Source of the DNA: Gammaproteobacteria bacterium
GTDB taxonomy: Bacteria; Pseudomonadota; Gammaproteobacteria; Eutrophobiales; Eutrophobiaceae
DNA length: 64,000 nucleotides
Direction: 5' to 3'
NCBI GenBank assembly: GCA_021773215.1
Contig: JAJFKM010000048.1
Coordinates: forward strand, 12,923 to 76,922
Shown: positions 37,265-48,617 of the stretch, piece by piece
Layout of the letters: each line of letters opens with the position of its first letter
How positions within the stretch are numbered: the stretch's first letter is position 1
Made by a program: the position numbers and the translations under genes
Notes under the pieces: model-generated
Databases searched by the model: none
The model's input: only the letters and a program-made list of their open reading frames with translations
Told to the model about the DNA's origin: nothing

Positions 37265-38485
37265 ATGGCTGAAGCAAAAAAAGCAGATATGTATGCCTGG
37301 GAAGGCACCGATAAAACAGGCAAACGCGTTAAAGGTGAATCAAGTGGTCAAAGTGAAGCACTAGTAAAAGCTGTGCTCCGGCGGCAAGGCATAAACCCTT
37401 TAAAAGTAAAAAAGAAAGCAAAACCTTTATTAGGTGGTGGGGGTAAAACCAAAATCACGCCTAAAGACATAACAGTTTTTAGTCGTCAATTAGCAACCAT
37501 GATGTCGTCTGGCGTACCTCTGGTACAGGCTTTCGAGATTGTAGGTCGTGGGCATGAAAATGCGGGCATGCAGGAATTGATTTTGGGCGTTAAAGCTAAT
37601 GTCGAAGCAGGTAACAACCTGACAGAATCATTAAAAAAATACCCTCTACAGTTCAACGAACTTTATTGTAACCTCGTACAAGCAGGTGAACAGGCAGGTA
37701 TCCTTGAGGCTATCTTGCATAAGCTTGCTACATACATGGAAAAAACAGAAGCATTAAAATCGAAGATTAAAGCGGCTTTGTTTTATCCAGCCGCAGTAAT
37801 CCTAGCGGCCATCATTGTTGTTTCGATATTGATGATCTTTGTTATTCCACAGTTTACTGAATTATTCGAGGGTTTTGGTGCTGATTTACCTGCTTTAACT
37901 CAATTTTTAGTTGATAGTTCAGATTTCTTCGTTAACTACTGGTACATTATTTTTGGTGTAGGTGGTGGCATAGTTTTTGGTTTATTAGAATTTAAAAAAC
38001 GTTCATTAGCCTGTCAACAATTTTTAGATCGCCTTATTTTAAAAATGCCTATTCTTGGAGAAATCATGACAAAGGCTGCTATTGCTCGCTTTTCACGTAC
38101 ATTGGAAACCATGTTCGCAGCAGGCACCCCTTTAGTTGAAGCGATGACATCTGTAGCCGGTGCCTGTGGCAATGTTGTTTTTTATGATGCGACAATTAAA
38201 ATGAGGGATGAAATATCAACAGGTACACAACTTCAAGCATCAATGAGGGAGAGTGGCTTATTCCCGAACATGGTTGTGCAGATGGTTGCTATTGGTGAAG
38301 AATCAGGTGCCATTGATACTATGCTAGGCAAAGTTGCCGACTGGTACGAACAAGAAGTAGATGATGCTGTTGAAGCCTTAACTAGTCTACTTGAACCCGC
38401 AATTATGGGTTTTTTAGGCGTTGTTATTGGTGGTATCGTTATTGGCATGTACTTGCCAATATTTAAAATGGGTGCTGTTGTTTAA
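37265..38485 (+). CDS. pilC: Type IV pilus platform protein PilC
   Basis: GspF-family protein with two repeats; 406 aa. Confidence 0.93.
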   Translation: MAEAKKADMYAWEGTDKTGKRVKGESSGQSEALVKAVLRRQGINPLKVKKKAKPLLGGGGKTKITPKDITVFSRQLATMMSSGVPLVQAFEIVGRGHENAGMQELILGVKANVEAGNNLTESLKKYPLQFNELYCNLVQAGEQAGILEAILHKLATYMEKTEALKSKIKAALFYPAAVILAAIIVVSILMIFVIPQFTELFEGFGADLPALTQFLVDSSDFFVNYWYIIFGVGGGIVFGLLEFKKRSLACQQFLDRLILKMPILGEIMTKAAIARFSRTLETMFAAGTPLVEAMTSVAGACGNVVFYDATIKMRDEISTGTQLQASMRESGLFPNMVVQMVAIGEESGAIDTMLGKVADWYEQEVDDAVEALTSLLEPAIMGFLGVVIGGIVIGMYLPIFKMGAVV

Positions 38486-38564
38486 TAGCAAGCTAAAGAT
38501 TACTAGACTCTTTTAACTTTTCTGTTGATATTTTTAGTGGATCACCTATTTATAGAGACTATTC

Positions 38565-39443
38565 GTGCCACCTATTATTGAATTATTTATAATTTATCCA
38601 GTTCTATTCCTATCTACTATCTTTGTCATGGGACTGATGATTGGCAGTTTCCTGAATGTTGTCATACTAAGATTACCTGTAATGATGGAAAGAGATTGGA
38701 AAGAACAATGTTGTGAATTACTTGAGCTTGATGACTCTAATGTTAAAAAAGATAATTCAGATATTAATTTAGTTACCCCACGTTCGCATTGTCCAAAATG
38801 CAAGCATCAAATTAGCGCATTTGAGAATATTCCGGTTATTAGCTACCTTTTTCTGAAGGGAAAATGTAGCAAATGCGAAAATAAGATATCTGTTCGCTAT
38901 CCACTAATAGAAGTTGTGAGTGGTGTATCTGTAGTCATCGTTGCTTACTATTTCGGGGTTTCCTCTCAGACTTTGTTCGCTCTATTTTTAACGTGGTCAC
39001 TCATCGCATTAAGCATGATTGATTTTGATCATCAGCTATTACCTGATGACATTACATTGCCACTGCTTTGGCTTGGAATCATTATTAATCTTTTTGGAGT
39101 ATTCACTGACATAGAATCTAGTGTTCTTGGGGCCGTATTTGGATACGGTACTCTTTGGTCCGTATACATCATGTTCAAATTAGTTACCGGCAAGGAAGGC
39201 ATGGGCCATGGTGATTTCAAATTACTGGCCGTACTAGGTGCATGGTTTGGCTGGCAATTACTTCCTTTAATAATAATTTTATCGTCTTTAGTTGGTGCTG
39301 TTATTGGTATTTCATTAATGGTTTTTAAATCGCATGATAGAAACACAACAATACCATTCGGTCCATACTTGGCAATTGCTGGTTGGGTTTCTATGCTGTG
39401 GGGTCCATACATAATGTCAGCTTATCTAAATGCCGTGATTTAA
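38565..39443 (+). CDS. pilD: Prepilin peptidase/N-methyltransferase PilD
   Basis: A24 peptidase with tetracysteine motif CPKC...CSKC and catalytic Asp-containing TM domain. Confidence 0.93.
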   Translation: MPPIIELFIIYPVLFLSTIFVMGLMIGSFLNVVILRLPVMMERDWKEQCCELLELDDSNVKKDNSDINLVTPRSHCPKCKHQISAFENIPVISYLFLKGKCSKCENKISVRYPLIEVVSGVSVVIVAYYFGVSSQTLFALFLTWSLIALSMIDFDHQLLPDDITLPLLWLGIIINLFGVFTDIESSVLGAVFGYGTLWSVYIMFKLVTGKEGMGHGDFKLLAVLGAWFGWQLLPLIIILSSLVGAVIGISLMVFKSHDRNTTIPFGPYLAIAGWVSMLWGPYIMSAYLNAVI

Positions 39444-39444
39444 C

Positions 39445-40062
39445 ATGACGAAAACCATGCGCGTTGCCTTAACTGGCGGTATAGGTAGTGGCAAATCGAC
39501 TGTTGCATTTATATTTCAAAAGCTAGGCACACCGGTCATCGATTCTGATGTTATATCAAGGACTATAGTAAAGCCTGGAAAACCTTGTTTAAAAGCCATT
39601 ACTGAAGCGTTTAGCAAAGACCTATTAAATGATATAGGTGAACTTGATCGCCATAAACTGCGTAATATTATATTCGATGATTTAGAGGCCAAAAGAAAGT
39701 TAGAAGAAATACTACATCCTGTAATTTATAGGGAAATTGAGAAAGAGGTTTCTAAGGTAGACTATCCATATTGCCTTGTTGCAATTCCTTTACTTATTGA
39801 GGCTCAAGCAACAGACAAATTTGATCGCATTTTACTGGTTGATATTCCAGAGGAAACACAGCTAATACGTGCTTCTAAGAGAGACAACGCATCAATGAAA
39901 TTAATATCTAAAATTATTAAAAATCAGGCTACTAGAGAACAACGTTTAAAATATGCAGACGATATTATTGACAACAGCGTTAAAATTGAAGACCTTAGTA
40001 ACGCTGTAAATAATTTACATAGTAAGTATCTAAAATTATCTGAAAAACATAAAACATTATGA
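39445..40062 (+). CDS. coaE: Dephospho-CoA kinase
   Basis: VALTGGIGSGKST P-loop; 205 aa. Confidence 0.93.
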   Translation: MTKTMRVALTGGIGSGKSTVAFIFQKLGTPVIDSDVISRTIVKPGKPCLKAITEAFSKDLLNDIGELDRHKLRNIIFDDLEAKRKLEEILHPVIYREIEKEVSKVDYPYCLVAIPLLIEAQATDKFDRILLVDIPEETQLIRASKRDNASMKLISKIIKNQATREQRLKYADDIIDNSVKIEDLSNAVNNLHSKYLKLSEKHKTL

Positions 40063-40103
40063 TTAATAATTACCAGTGTAAAAGATGATTTGTATAACTA
40101 ATT

Positions 40104-40874
40104 ATGCAAAATAAAATAATATATGAACAACCACTAAACGAAAGGATTAGAAACTTTCTACGTTTAGAACATCTTTTTAATCTCATAGAATATCGCTCAC
40201 AAGACACAATAGAATGGGATTGCAGAAATACCCTTGAATCACTCCTTGAAATAAATGATTTATTAAGCCGCTCAGATCTAAAAGCGGAACTGATAAAGGA
40301 ACTGGAACGCCATTCTTTAATGCTCACATCATTAAAGAATAATCCTGCTGTAGATGAAAATAGATTAAATACTATTAATAACGAAATATGCGACTTATTA
40401 ATAAAACTGCGTGACAATGCATATCAGCCAGGAAATATTTTAAGAAATGATGAATTAGTAACTAGCATAAAACAGCGCATAAGTATTCCAGGAGGGACTT
40501 GTAGTTTTGACCTTCCCCGGTTTCATTACTGGCTTAATCAACCCGTTATTACTCGAAAACAAGATTTGGCTAAATGGGCAACCGACTTAGAACCCATAAA
40601 AAAGTCTACCTATATAGCTCTAGACATGGTTAGAAACAGCACTCACCCGATTAAAGAAAAGGCGGCGACTGGTTTTTATCAAAAACCTATAGAATCAACT
40701 CTATCCTGCCAATTAATTCGAGTATTTTTACCTTCTGCTAGCCGCTATTATCCTGAGATTAGTGGAGGGAAACACCGGTTTACAATACGCTTTATGGAAG
40801 AATCAACAAGCGACGCCAGACCAATTCAAACTAAAAATGATGTTGATTTTGAACTTCACTGTTGCATATTATGA
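40104..40874 (+). CDS. zapD: Cell division protein ZapD (YacF)
   Basis: YEQPLNERIRNFLRLEHLF is the conserved ZapD N-terminus. Confidence 0.88.
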   Translation: MQNKIIYEQPLNERIRNFLRLEHLFNLIEYRSQDTIEWDCRNTLESLLEINDLLSRSDLKAELIKELERHSLMLTSLKNNPAVDENRLNTINNEICDLLIKLRDNAYQPGNILRNDELVTSIKQRISIPGGTCSFDLPRFHYWLNQPVITRKQDLAKWATDLEPIKKSTYIALDMVRNSTHPIKEKAATGFYQKPIESTLSCQLIRVFLPSASRYYPEISGGKHRFTIRFMEESTSDARPIQTKNDVDFELHCCIL

Positions 40875-41056
40875 ATAAGATTATTTATTGTCCTATTTGC
40901 AAAAATACTACCAGATTAGATAGTTCCAACCAACATCGACCTTTTTGCTCTGATCGTTGTCGGTTAATAGACTTGGGCAAATGGGTTGATGAAAAATACG
41001 GTATTGCTGATGCATCCACAGTTGATGACGAACAAACCCATCCTGAAATACATTAA
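40862..41056 (+). CDS. yacG: DNA gyrase inhibitor YacG (zinc finger)
   Basis: CPICKNT...CSDRCRLIDLGKW, 64 aa. Confidence 0.85.
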   Translation: MHIMNKIIYCPICKNTTRLDSSNQHRPFCSDRCRLIDLGKWVDEKYGIADASTVDDEQTHPEIH

Positions 41057-42036
41057 TCTATACGAAAATTTATACTTTTTACTAGTGAATCTTCATTCCA
41101 AACCCCTCCAAGCATAGCAATACCATAGGCGCCATAGTTTTTTGCAGTCTTAAGATCGGTAGGCATCATCCCACCTAGTGCATATATCGGAAAATTTACT
41201 TCCTTAATGAGACTTCTAAATCTTTCCCAACCAATCGCAATAACATCAGGATGACTAGCCGTATGTTGAACAGGAGATAAAAATGCATAGTTAACTTTTA
41301 TCTCAGCCGCTTTAATCAATTCTTCTTCATTATGGCAAGAGGCGCCTAATATATATTCTTCACTTATAGGTCTATTGTCATGCCTCATTAACTCATTAGC
41401 ATTAAAGTGGACACCATCAATTGGATATTTATCTATGTCTGTTGCCAAACCATTTAGAATTATTTTTGAATTATATTTATCCGCTACTTCACTTAGTTTT
41501 TTTACAATTTTCTGAATCGACTTATTCTTATCTATTTTCAATCTTAGTTGAAAAATCTTTAATCCCGCAATAAAACACTCTTCCGTAACCAAATATAAAT
41601 GTGAATAGTTTTCGTATGATTCTTTACTAATGACGTACATCGGGGACAATGATATCGATTGGATGATATATTTATTCGCATCAGGAAACTTATACTTATT
41701 AAGTTCATGTATACTTACCCAACAAAACTCCTGATTTTCTCTACTTTCAGGTATACCAGACCAATCCGTTACCTTCCATACATCAAGTAAAACTTTTTTA
41801 TTCGGATAGTCATGACTTACCGATGTAAATGTCTCTGCCTTACTTACAACTATTCCTAATTCTTCAAATAGCTCACGCTTTAAAGCAGTCTCAACATCTT
41901 CATTAGATTCAACCTTGCCGCCAGGAAATTCCCAGTAACCAGCTAGATGTTGATTTCTTAAACGTTTTGAAATTAACACTTTATCTTTTGTTGTGTTATA
42001 TATAACACCAACTGCGACATGTGTTCGTTGAGTCAT
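41053..42036 (-). CDS. mutT: Bifunctional MutT-like Nudix hydrolase / thiamine-phosphate synthase (ThiE/TenI)-like protein
   Basis: N-terminal Nudix box GGKVESNEDVETALKRELFEELG. The C-terminal ~200 aa have a TMP-TENI-like fold ending ALGGM. Confidence 0.8.
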   Translation of the reverse strand: MTQRTHVAVGVIYNTTKDKVLISKRLRNQHLAGYWEFPGGKVESNEDVETALKRELFEELGIVVSKAETFTSVSHDYPNKKVLLDVWKVTDWSGIPESRENQEFCWVSIHELNKYKFPDANKYIIQSISLSPMYVISKESYENYSHLYLVTEECFIAGLKIFQLRLKIDKNKSIQKIVKKLSEVADKYNSKIILNGLATDIDKYPIDGVHFNANELMRHDNRPISEEYILGASCHNEEELIKAAEIKVNYAFLSPVQHTASHPDVIAIGWERFRSLIKEVNFPIYALGGMMPTDLKTAKNYGAYGIAMLGGVWNEDSLVKSINFRID

Positions 42037-42074
42037 TATATCTTTATACTTATTGCTGCTACTAACATTGAAAC

Positions 42075-43295
42075 TTATGTTCGATATTCAGCATTAATTT
42101 TAATGTACTCATGTGATAGGTCGGTTGTCCATATTTCTTCCTGATATGCACCCCTATTAAGATTCACTAATAATGTTATTTCATCTTGAAGCATAACATT
42201 TTTTCCTTTCTCTTCTGTATAACCAGATGCACGCTGACCATTTTCAATTATGCATACGTTGTCTAGAAAAACTTCAATATTGTTTATATTTAGGTCGTTA
42301 ATCCCTGAGTTACCAATTGCCGATAATATCCGACCCCAATTTGGATCTGAGGCAGTGAAAGCTGTTTTTACTAATGGAGATTCAGCAATTTTAAAAGCGA
42401 CATTTGTACATTCTGTTTCTTCCTTACCCCCAGTTACTTTTATAGTTATAAATTTTGTTGCACCTTCACCATCTCTAATGATCGCTTGAGACAACTCGCA
42501 AAAGACATCTATCAAAGAGTTTTTTAGTAGCTCATATTCATTACTATTGAGAGTATCAATATATTTATTACCTGCCTTACATGTTGCAATTAACATACAG
42601 GCATCATTTGTAGATGTATCACCATCAACAGTAATTCGATTAAAACTTTTGTTAACTGCATGAAGTAATATTTTTTCAAGCAAGTCTTTTGCTATATTTG
42701 CATCTGTTGCTATAAATGCCAACATAGTTGCCATATCAGGACGTATCATTCCAGACCCTTTCACGATGCCTGTTATACTAATGGTAGAATCACCTAATGA
42801 TATTTTTTTCGATATCGCTTTAGGAATAGTATCTGTGGTCATGATGGCTTCAGCTGCTTCAATCCAATTATCAGTAGATAATTTACCTATTAATTCAGGC
42901 AGCGCATCATTGATTTTATCTACTGGTAATTTTTCTCCGATCACACCTGTCGAAAAAGGCAGAATCTCATTTTCTTTACACCCGGCTAAATTTGCTAATG
43001 TCTTACAAGTATAATTTGTATCCAATAAACCTTGATCACCAGTTCCAGCATTAGCATTACCTGCATTTATCAAGCAGTAACGTGGATTAAACTCAGCTAA
43101 ATGTTTTTTTGCTACTTGTACAGGTGCGGCACAAAATAAATTCCTGGTGAATACTCCAGCGACTTTGCTATCTTCAGAGAGCTCGATTAAAGTTACATCT
43201 GGCCGTTTTTTTTGATATATATTTGCGCAACAGGCCGATAAGCGAATCCCATTTATAGGCAAAATGGATGAGGGGAATTTTAATCCAACAGACAT
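42075..43295 (-). CDS. argJ: Bifunctional glutamate N-acetyltransferase/amino-acid acetyltransferase ArgJ
   Basis: ATMLAFIATDA autoproteolysis/active-site motif; 406 aa. Confidence 0.93.
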   Translation of the reverse strand: MSVGLKFPSSILPINGIRLSACCANIYQKKRPDVTLIELSEDSKVAGVFTRNLFCAAPVQVAKKHLAEFNPRYCLINAGNANAGTGDQGLLDTNYTCKTLANLAGCKENEILPFSTGVIGEKLPVDKINDALPELIGKLSTDNWIEAAEAIMTTDTIPKAISKKISLGDSTISITGIVKGSGMIRPDMATMLAFIATDANIAKDLLEKILLHAVNKSFNRITVDGDTSTNDACMLIATCKAGNKYIDTLNSNEYELLKNSLIDVFCELSQAIIRDGEGATKFITIKVTGGKEETECTNVAFKIAESPLVKTAFTASDPNWGRILSAIGNSGINDLNINNIEVFLDNVCIIENGQRASGYTEEKGKNVMLQDEITLLVNLNRGAYQEEIWTTDLSHEYIKINAEYRT

Positions 43296-43343
43296 GATTT
43301 TCAGTCTATATATGACGAGTATAATTTAATAGAATTCTTGTTA

Positions 43344-46043
43344 TTAAGACAATCTTCCGTGACATTGCTTATACTTTTTACCCGACCCACAGGGACAAGG
43401 TTCATTTCGCCCTACTTTAGGCGTGTTTCTGACAAAAGGTTTTTCTATGGGCCCTTCATTTACCTGTGATTCATCATTTAAGCTATTAGGTGCGGAGGCA
43501 TGATTAAAACTCATATCCTGTTTTTTCTCTTTTTGTTCCGCTGCCTCTATATCTTCTTCAGTTCTAATATTAACTTTATATAGAAAAACAACGACATCAT
43601 GTTTAATATTTTCAAGCATTTGTAAAAACAAATCAAAAGCTTCACGTTTATATTCTTGCTTTGGATTTTTAGCGGCAAAGCTTCTTAGATGTATGCCCTG
43701 TCTAAGATGATCCATATTAACAAGATGCTCTTTCCAATGCCTGTCCAACACGTCGAGCATGATTTGTTTTTCTATACGCCTCATTAAATCAGGCGTTATA
43801 ACTTTCTCCTTTTCCTCAACTACCTTTCCTAAGGTTTCATGTAATTTTTTTCGTAATGTTTCTTCATATAATGATTTATCTTGGTCTAACCATAATTTAA
43901 TATCTACTGTTACATCAAACTCATGTTGAAGAGCACCCTCTAATCCACTTACATCCCACATTTCATCCATACTGCCACGGGGAATATATTCATCGATCAC
44001 ATTTTCAATGACTTCATAGCGCATGTCATTGACTTCTTCAGCGACGGTCTCACCTTCAAGAAGGTCATTACGTTGTTGATAAATAACTTTTCTTTGATCA
44101 TTGGCAACATCATCAAAATCAAGTAAGTTTTTGCGTATATCAAAATTATGTGCTTCTACTTTACGTTGAGCATTTTCTATTGCTCGAGACACCAGCTTTG
44201 ATTCAATGGCTTCTCCCTCTTCCATGCCTAACTTTTGCATGATTGCAGAAACTCGCTCTGATGCAAATATACGCATCAAATTATCTTCAAGTGAAAGATA
44301 AAAACGGCTGGATCCTGCATCACCTTGACGGCCTGAACGTCCACGCAACTGATTATCTATACGTCTGGATTCATGCCGTTCAGTACCAATTATGTGTAAA
44401 CCGCCATTGTCTAGAACTTCTTGATGACGTTGTTCCCACTCTTCTTTTAATTTGTTTATCTCTTGTGCATCTGGCTCGCTTAATTGTTTTACCTCTACTT
44501 CATAATTCCCACCCAACACGATATCGGTACCTCGTCCGGCCATATTTGTTGCAATCGTAACAATACCGGGGCGACCTGCTTGCGCAATAATTTCTGCTTC
44601 TTTCTGATGAAATTTTGCGTTTAGAACCTGATGTTTAATATTTTCTTTATCTAATAATTTAGATAAATATTCAGAAACTTCTATAGATGCCGTACCAACA
44701 AGTACAGGTTGACCATTAGCTTGGCATATCTTTACATCTTCAATTATAGAATCATATTTTTCTTTAGCTGTAAGGAAAATGACATCACTTTGATCATCTC
44801 TAACCATAGGCATATGTGTTGGTATAATAATAACTTCAAGCCCATATATCGTCTGAAATTCATAAGCTTCGGTATCTGCAGTACCTGTCATACCAGATAG
44901 TTTTGAATATAAACGAAAATAATTTTGATACGTAATTGATGCTAGTGTCTGGTTTTCATTTTGAATCGTCACCCCTTCTTTTGCTTCTATTGCCTGATGC
45001 AATCCCTCAGACCATCTCCGACCTTGCATTGTACGGCCGGTAAATTCATCAACAATTACAACCTCATCATCTTTGACTATGTAATCGATATCATTTTGGA
45101 ATAAATGATGTGCTCTTAGTGCAGCGTTCAGATGGTGCAGAATACCGATATTTACTGGATCATATAAGCCTTGTCCCTCAGCAATAATCCCTTTCTCTCT
45201 TAACAAGCGTTCGAAATGGTCATGGCCATCTTCAGTAAGGTATGCCTGTTTAGTCTTTTCATCTAGCGTAAAATCACCGGGACCATCTTCAATTTTTTGA
45301 GCAACTAATTTGGGAATTAATTTATTTATGGTGATATATAAATCCGATTTATCATCGACCATACCGGATATAATTAATGGTGTTCTGGCTTCGTCGATTA
45401 GAATTGAATCGACCTCATCAACAATAGCAAAATTCAGATTTTTTTGAACACGTCCTTCTTTGCTAAAGGACATGTTATCGCGTAGATAATCAAAACCAAA
45501 TTCATTATTTGTACCATAGGTAATATCACATGCATATGCGGCCTTTCTTTCTTCCATAGACAAACCAGACACGATGACACCTGTGCTTAAACCAAGAAAA
45601 CTGTATATCTGCCCCATCCACTCAGCATCACGTTTTGCTAAATAATCATTAACGGTAATGACGTGCACGCCTAAACCAGACAACGCATTCAAACTAGCTG
45701 CCAATGTAGCTACTAGCGTTTTACCTTCACCAGTTCGCATTTCTGCAATATTGCCATTGTGCAATACCATGCCACCGATCATTTGCACATCAAAATGACG
45801 CATATCCAATACACGTCGACCAGCCTCTCTTACTAGTGCAAATGCTTCAGGCAAGACGTCGTCTAAACTTTCGCCTTGCTTAACTCTATCTTTTAATTGA
45901 TTGGTCTTATCTGGAAAGTCAGCGTCACTCAACAACTTCAATTCATCTTCGAGGATATTGATTAGCTTAATTTTCTTATTAAGTTTTTTGATTACCCGAT
46001 CATTTCGCGTACCAAATATTTTTTTTGCCAAATCTTTAATCAT
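43344..46043 (-). CDS. secA: Preprotein translocase ATPase SecA
   Basis: 899 aa with a C-terminal zinc-binding [14 protein letters not shown]. Confidence 0.97.
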   Translation of the reverse strand: MIKDLAKKIFGTRNDRVIKKLNKKIKLINILEDELKLLSDADFPDKTNQLKDRVKQGESLDDVLPEAFALVREAGRRVLDMRHFDVQMIGGMVLHNGNIAEMRTGEGKTLVATLAASLNALSGLGVHVITVNDYLAKRDAEWMGQIYSFLGLSTGVIVSGLSMEERKAAYACDITYGTNNEFGFDYLRDNMSFSKEGRVQKNLNFAIVDEVDSILIDEARTPLIISGMVDDKSDLYITINKLIPKLVAQKIEDGPGDFTLDEKTKQAYLTEDGHDHFERLLREKGIIAEGQGLYDPVNIGILHHLNAALRAHHLFQNDIDYIVKDDEVVIVDEFTGRTMQGRRWSEGLHQAIEAKEGVTIQNENQTLASITYQNYFRLYSKLSGMTGTADTEAYEFQTIYGLEVIIIPTHMPMVRDDQSDVIFLTAKEKYDSIIEDVKICQANGQPVLVGTASIEVSEYLSKLLDKENIKHQVLNAKFHQKEAEIIAQAGRPGIVTIATNMAGRGTDIVLGGNYEVEVKQLSEPDAQEINKLKEEWEQRHQEVLDNGGLHIIGTERHESRRIDNQLRGRSGRQGDAGSSRFYLSLEDNLMRIFASERVSAIMQKLGMEEGEAIESKLVSRAIENAQRKVEAHNFDIRKNLLDFDDVANDQRKVIYQQRNDLLEGETVAEEVNDMRYEVIENVIDEYIPRGSMDEMWDVSGLEGALQHEFDVTVDIKLWLDQDKSLYEETLRKKLHETLGKVVEEKEKVITPDLMRRIEKQIMLDVLDRHWKEHLVNMDHLRQGIHLRSFAAKNPKQEYKREAFDLFLQMLENIKHDVVVFLYKVNIRTEEDIEAAEQKEKKQDMSFNHASAPNSLNDESQVNEGPIEKPFVRNTPKVGRNEPCPCGSGKKYKQCHGRLS

Positions 46044-46134
46044 TGTATTTAGTCTAAATTTAAAATCGCGTGTATATCACGAGTCGGGGAAAGAATATTT
46101 ATAATCGGATGTTAACGGTAACTTAGAGGGAAGC

Positions 46135-47067
46135 TTAGTTCAGTAAAATATACTTTTTAGGATTTACAGCTTTACCATTATTGACCACTTCAAAATGAAC
46201 ATGTGTACCGGTGGATCTACCGGAAGAACCCATAAGACCTACCACCTGTCCTTTATCAACCTTTTGGCCCACAACAACTAGATTTTTCTTATTGTGCGCA
46301 TAACGTGTTTGATAGCCATTGCCGTGATTGATCTCTACCATATTGCCATAGCCATAACGAACACCTGACCAAGTTACAATTCCAGAAGCAACCGCAAGTA
46401 TTGGTGAACCTGACTTGCCTGCATAATCTATCCCGTCATGAAACTCCATTTTTCCGGTCATTGGATCCGTTCGCTTACCGAACAGTGATGATACCCAGCC
46501 ATCCATTGTAGGACTTCCTGTTGGCAATGTTTGACTCTGCAAGGTTCTATCAATCAACATTGATTCCATTGCTGACAATTTTTCTGAACGATCCTGAACT
46601 TTAGAGTTTAACTCTTCCATGGCACTGATAAAATCACTGACTTCCATCGATCTAGGTTTTTGGCTCGGTTGAGGTCCGCCTAAGCCAGGAGTAGATGTAA
46701 TATCAAAATTTATCTCATTAAGATCTGCCATACTAGCTAAACGTGAGCCAAGAGCATCCAAGCGCATAACATGAGCTTGCAATTTACTTAACCTTGTCGC
46801 CAGGGCATCAAGATTTTTTGATGCATTATCTTGCACTTGATTGAGCATTTTCTGTTGAACTTCTAGTTCTTGATTCCAGATAGGTGCTGTTTGTGTATAT
46901 AAGTTTTCTATCGAGTCACGCGTCAAATTCAATGCATATTGGCTCCCAGCATGGAATACCAATAAACCACAGATGAAACTTAATACAAGGCAGACGCACA
47001 GATATACTGGCCCTAGTGTAAGGGACAGACTTTTCTTTCTCGTTTTTGATATTAAAAATAATTGCAT
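46135..47067 (-). CDS. M23 family metallopeptidase (coiled-coil + LytM domain)
   Basis: HDGIDYAG and THVHFEV zinc-ligand motifs, with an N-terminal TM/coiled coil. Confidence 0.85.
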   Translation of the reverse strand: MQLFLISKTRKKSLSLTLGPVYLCVCLVLSFICGLLVFHAGSQYALNLTRDSIENLYTQTAPIWNQELEVQQKMLNQVQDNASKNLDALATRLSKLQAHVMRLDALGSRLASMADLNEINFDITSTPGLGGPQPSQKPRSMEVSDFISAMEELNSKVQDRSEKLSAMESMLIDRTLQSQTLPTGSPTMDGWVSSLFGKRTDPMTGKMEFHDGIDYAGKSGSPILAVASGIVTWSGVRYGYGNMVEINHGNGYQTRYAHNKKNLVVVGQKVDKGQVVGLMGSSGRSTGTHVHFEVVNNGKAVNPKKYILLN

Positions 47068-47106
47068 ATATTTGCGTCAAATTTAAATCTATAATCGTAC
47101 ATAATC

Positions 47107-47565
47107 ATGAAAACTGATAATAAAAACAAAACTCTACCAATCAGTAGTTTTTTAAATGACGGCCAGTCTTCTTTTGCTGCTTTGTATAAAAAAGCAAACT
47201 CTTTCCAGGAAATTGATCGCAATTTAAAAAAACTACTTGATCCAACCCTAAAAGATAAATTTGAACTAGCTAATATAAACGCAGATACTGCGATTTTACT
47301 AACAAGTTCTTCAGCCTGGGCAACCCGGCTTCGTTATAATATTCCAGCTATCCTTAATATTTTTAATAAACAACTAAATTTCACTTCTATTACAACTATC
47401 AGAATTAAAATTAAAAAATCAGTTTCTGATAATTCTGTTTTAATTAAAAAACCTATTTATTTGTCGAATAATTCAGCGCAATTTCTTAATGATGTTGCTA
47501 ATAATTTCAACGACCCTGAATTACGCAAATGTATTCTAAATATTTCTAAAAACCGTCTTAAATAA
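47107..47565 (+). CDS. DUF721 domain protein (DciA-like)
   Basis: 152 aa with an SSAWATRLRY motif characteristic of DUF721. Confidence 0.6.
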   Translation: MKTDNKNKTLPISSFLNDGQSSFAALYKKANSFQEIDRNLKKLLDPTLKDKFELANINADTAILLTSSSAWATRLRYNIPAILNIFNKQLNFTSITTIRIKIKKSVSDNSVLIKKPIYLSNNSAQFLNDVANNFNDPELRKCILNISKNRLK

Positions 47566-47567
47566 AA

Positions 47568-48479
47568 TTAATTTACAGGCATTGCCTGCATAAAAGAAAT
47601 CGGCGCCTTATGCTCATCTTCAAAGGTTACCAGTTCCCATGATTCTTCATTTGCCATTAATTCACGTAATAATGCATTGTTAAGTGCATGTCCTGATTTA
47701 AACCCCGTAAAAGATCCAATCAGACTATGTCCTAATAAATACAAATCACCAATAGCGTCTAGTATCTTATGTTTTACACATTCGTCTTCATACCTTAGAC
47801 CATCCTCATTAAGGATTCTATAATCATCAACAACAACGGCATTATCAAGACTGCCACCTAATACCAAATTATTCTCACGTAATAATTCAACATCACGCAT
47901 AAAACCAAAGGTACGGGCACGACTAACTTCCTTAACAAAAGAAGTTGTAGAGAAATCAATTTCTGCCTGACAATTTTTATCATTGAAGGCGGGATGGTCG
48001 AACTCGATTGTAAAGCCTACTTTGAATCCATCGAAAGGTTCGAACATAGCCCATTTTCCTTCATGCTCGACACGCACCTTTTGCTTTATTTTTAAGAATT
48101 TTTTTGCCGTATTCTGTTCTTCGACACCAGCGGACTGTATTAAAAACACAAATGGACCAGCACTGCCATCCATTATAGGAACTTCATCAGCACTGAGATC
48201 GATATAGGCATTATCAATTCCAAAGCCTGCCAAGGCAGATAGCAAATGTTCAACTGTTGAAATTCGCACATTATCTTTGACTAATGTGGTTGAAAGACTA
48301 GTGTCTCCGACGAATTCGGGGTTAGCAGGGATTTCAATAGCTGGATCCAGATCAACACGACGGAAGTTAATACCTGAGTTTACTGGTGCAGGCCGCAAGG
48401 TTAAAAATACCTTTTTACCCGTGTGGAGACCTACCCCGGTAGCCCGAATTACGTTTTTTAATGTCCGTTGCCTTATCAT
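47568..48479 (-). CDS. lpxC: UDP-3-O-acyl-N-acetylglucosamine deacetylase
   Basis: [24 protein letters not shown] is the conserved LpxC N-terminus. Confidence 0.97.
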   Translation of the reverse strand: MIRQRTLKNVIRATGVGLHTGKKVFLTLRPAPVNSGINFRRVDLDPAIEIPANPEFVGDTSLSTTLVKDNVRISTVEHLLSALAGFGIDNAYIDLSADEVPIMDGSAGPFVFLIQSAGVEEQNTAKKFLKIKQKVRVEHEGKWAMFEPFDGFKVGFTIEFDHPAFNDKNCQAEIDFSTTSFVKEVSRARTFGFMRDVELLRENNLVLGGSLDNAVVVDDYRILNEDGLRYEDECVKHKILDAIGDLYLLGHSLIGSFTGFKSGHALNNALLRELMANEESWELVTFEDEHKAPISFMQAMPVN

Positions 48480-48617
48480 CTTAGCTATTTCAAACTTACT
48501 CTCTATTGGAGCTATTATTCTTATGTTCTTGTTTTATGGGCAATTTTTGTGCCAGACAGGAGATCTGACCCGGAATTCCCCAATTCCGGGACCTACTATA
48601 CCACGTACAAACTAAAT

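Noticed and set aside
46044-46134. Imperfect palindrome TCGCGTGTATATCACGAG between secA and the M23 peptidase gene
   Set aside because: The dyad is imperfect in its centre. It is probably just part of the secA promoter/-10 region (TATA), and I could not support a specific operator call.
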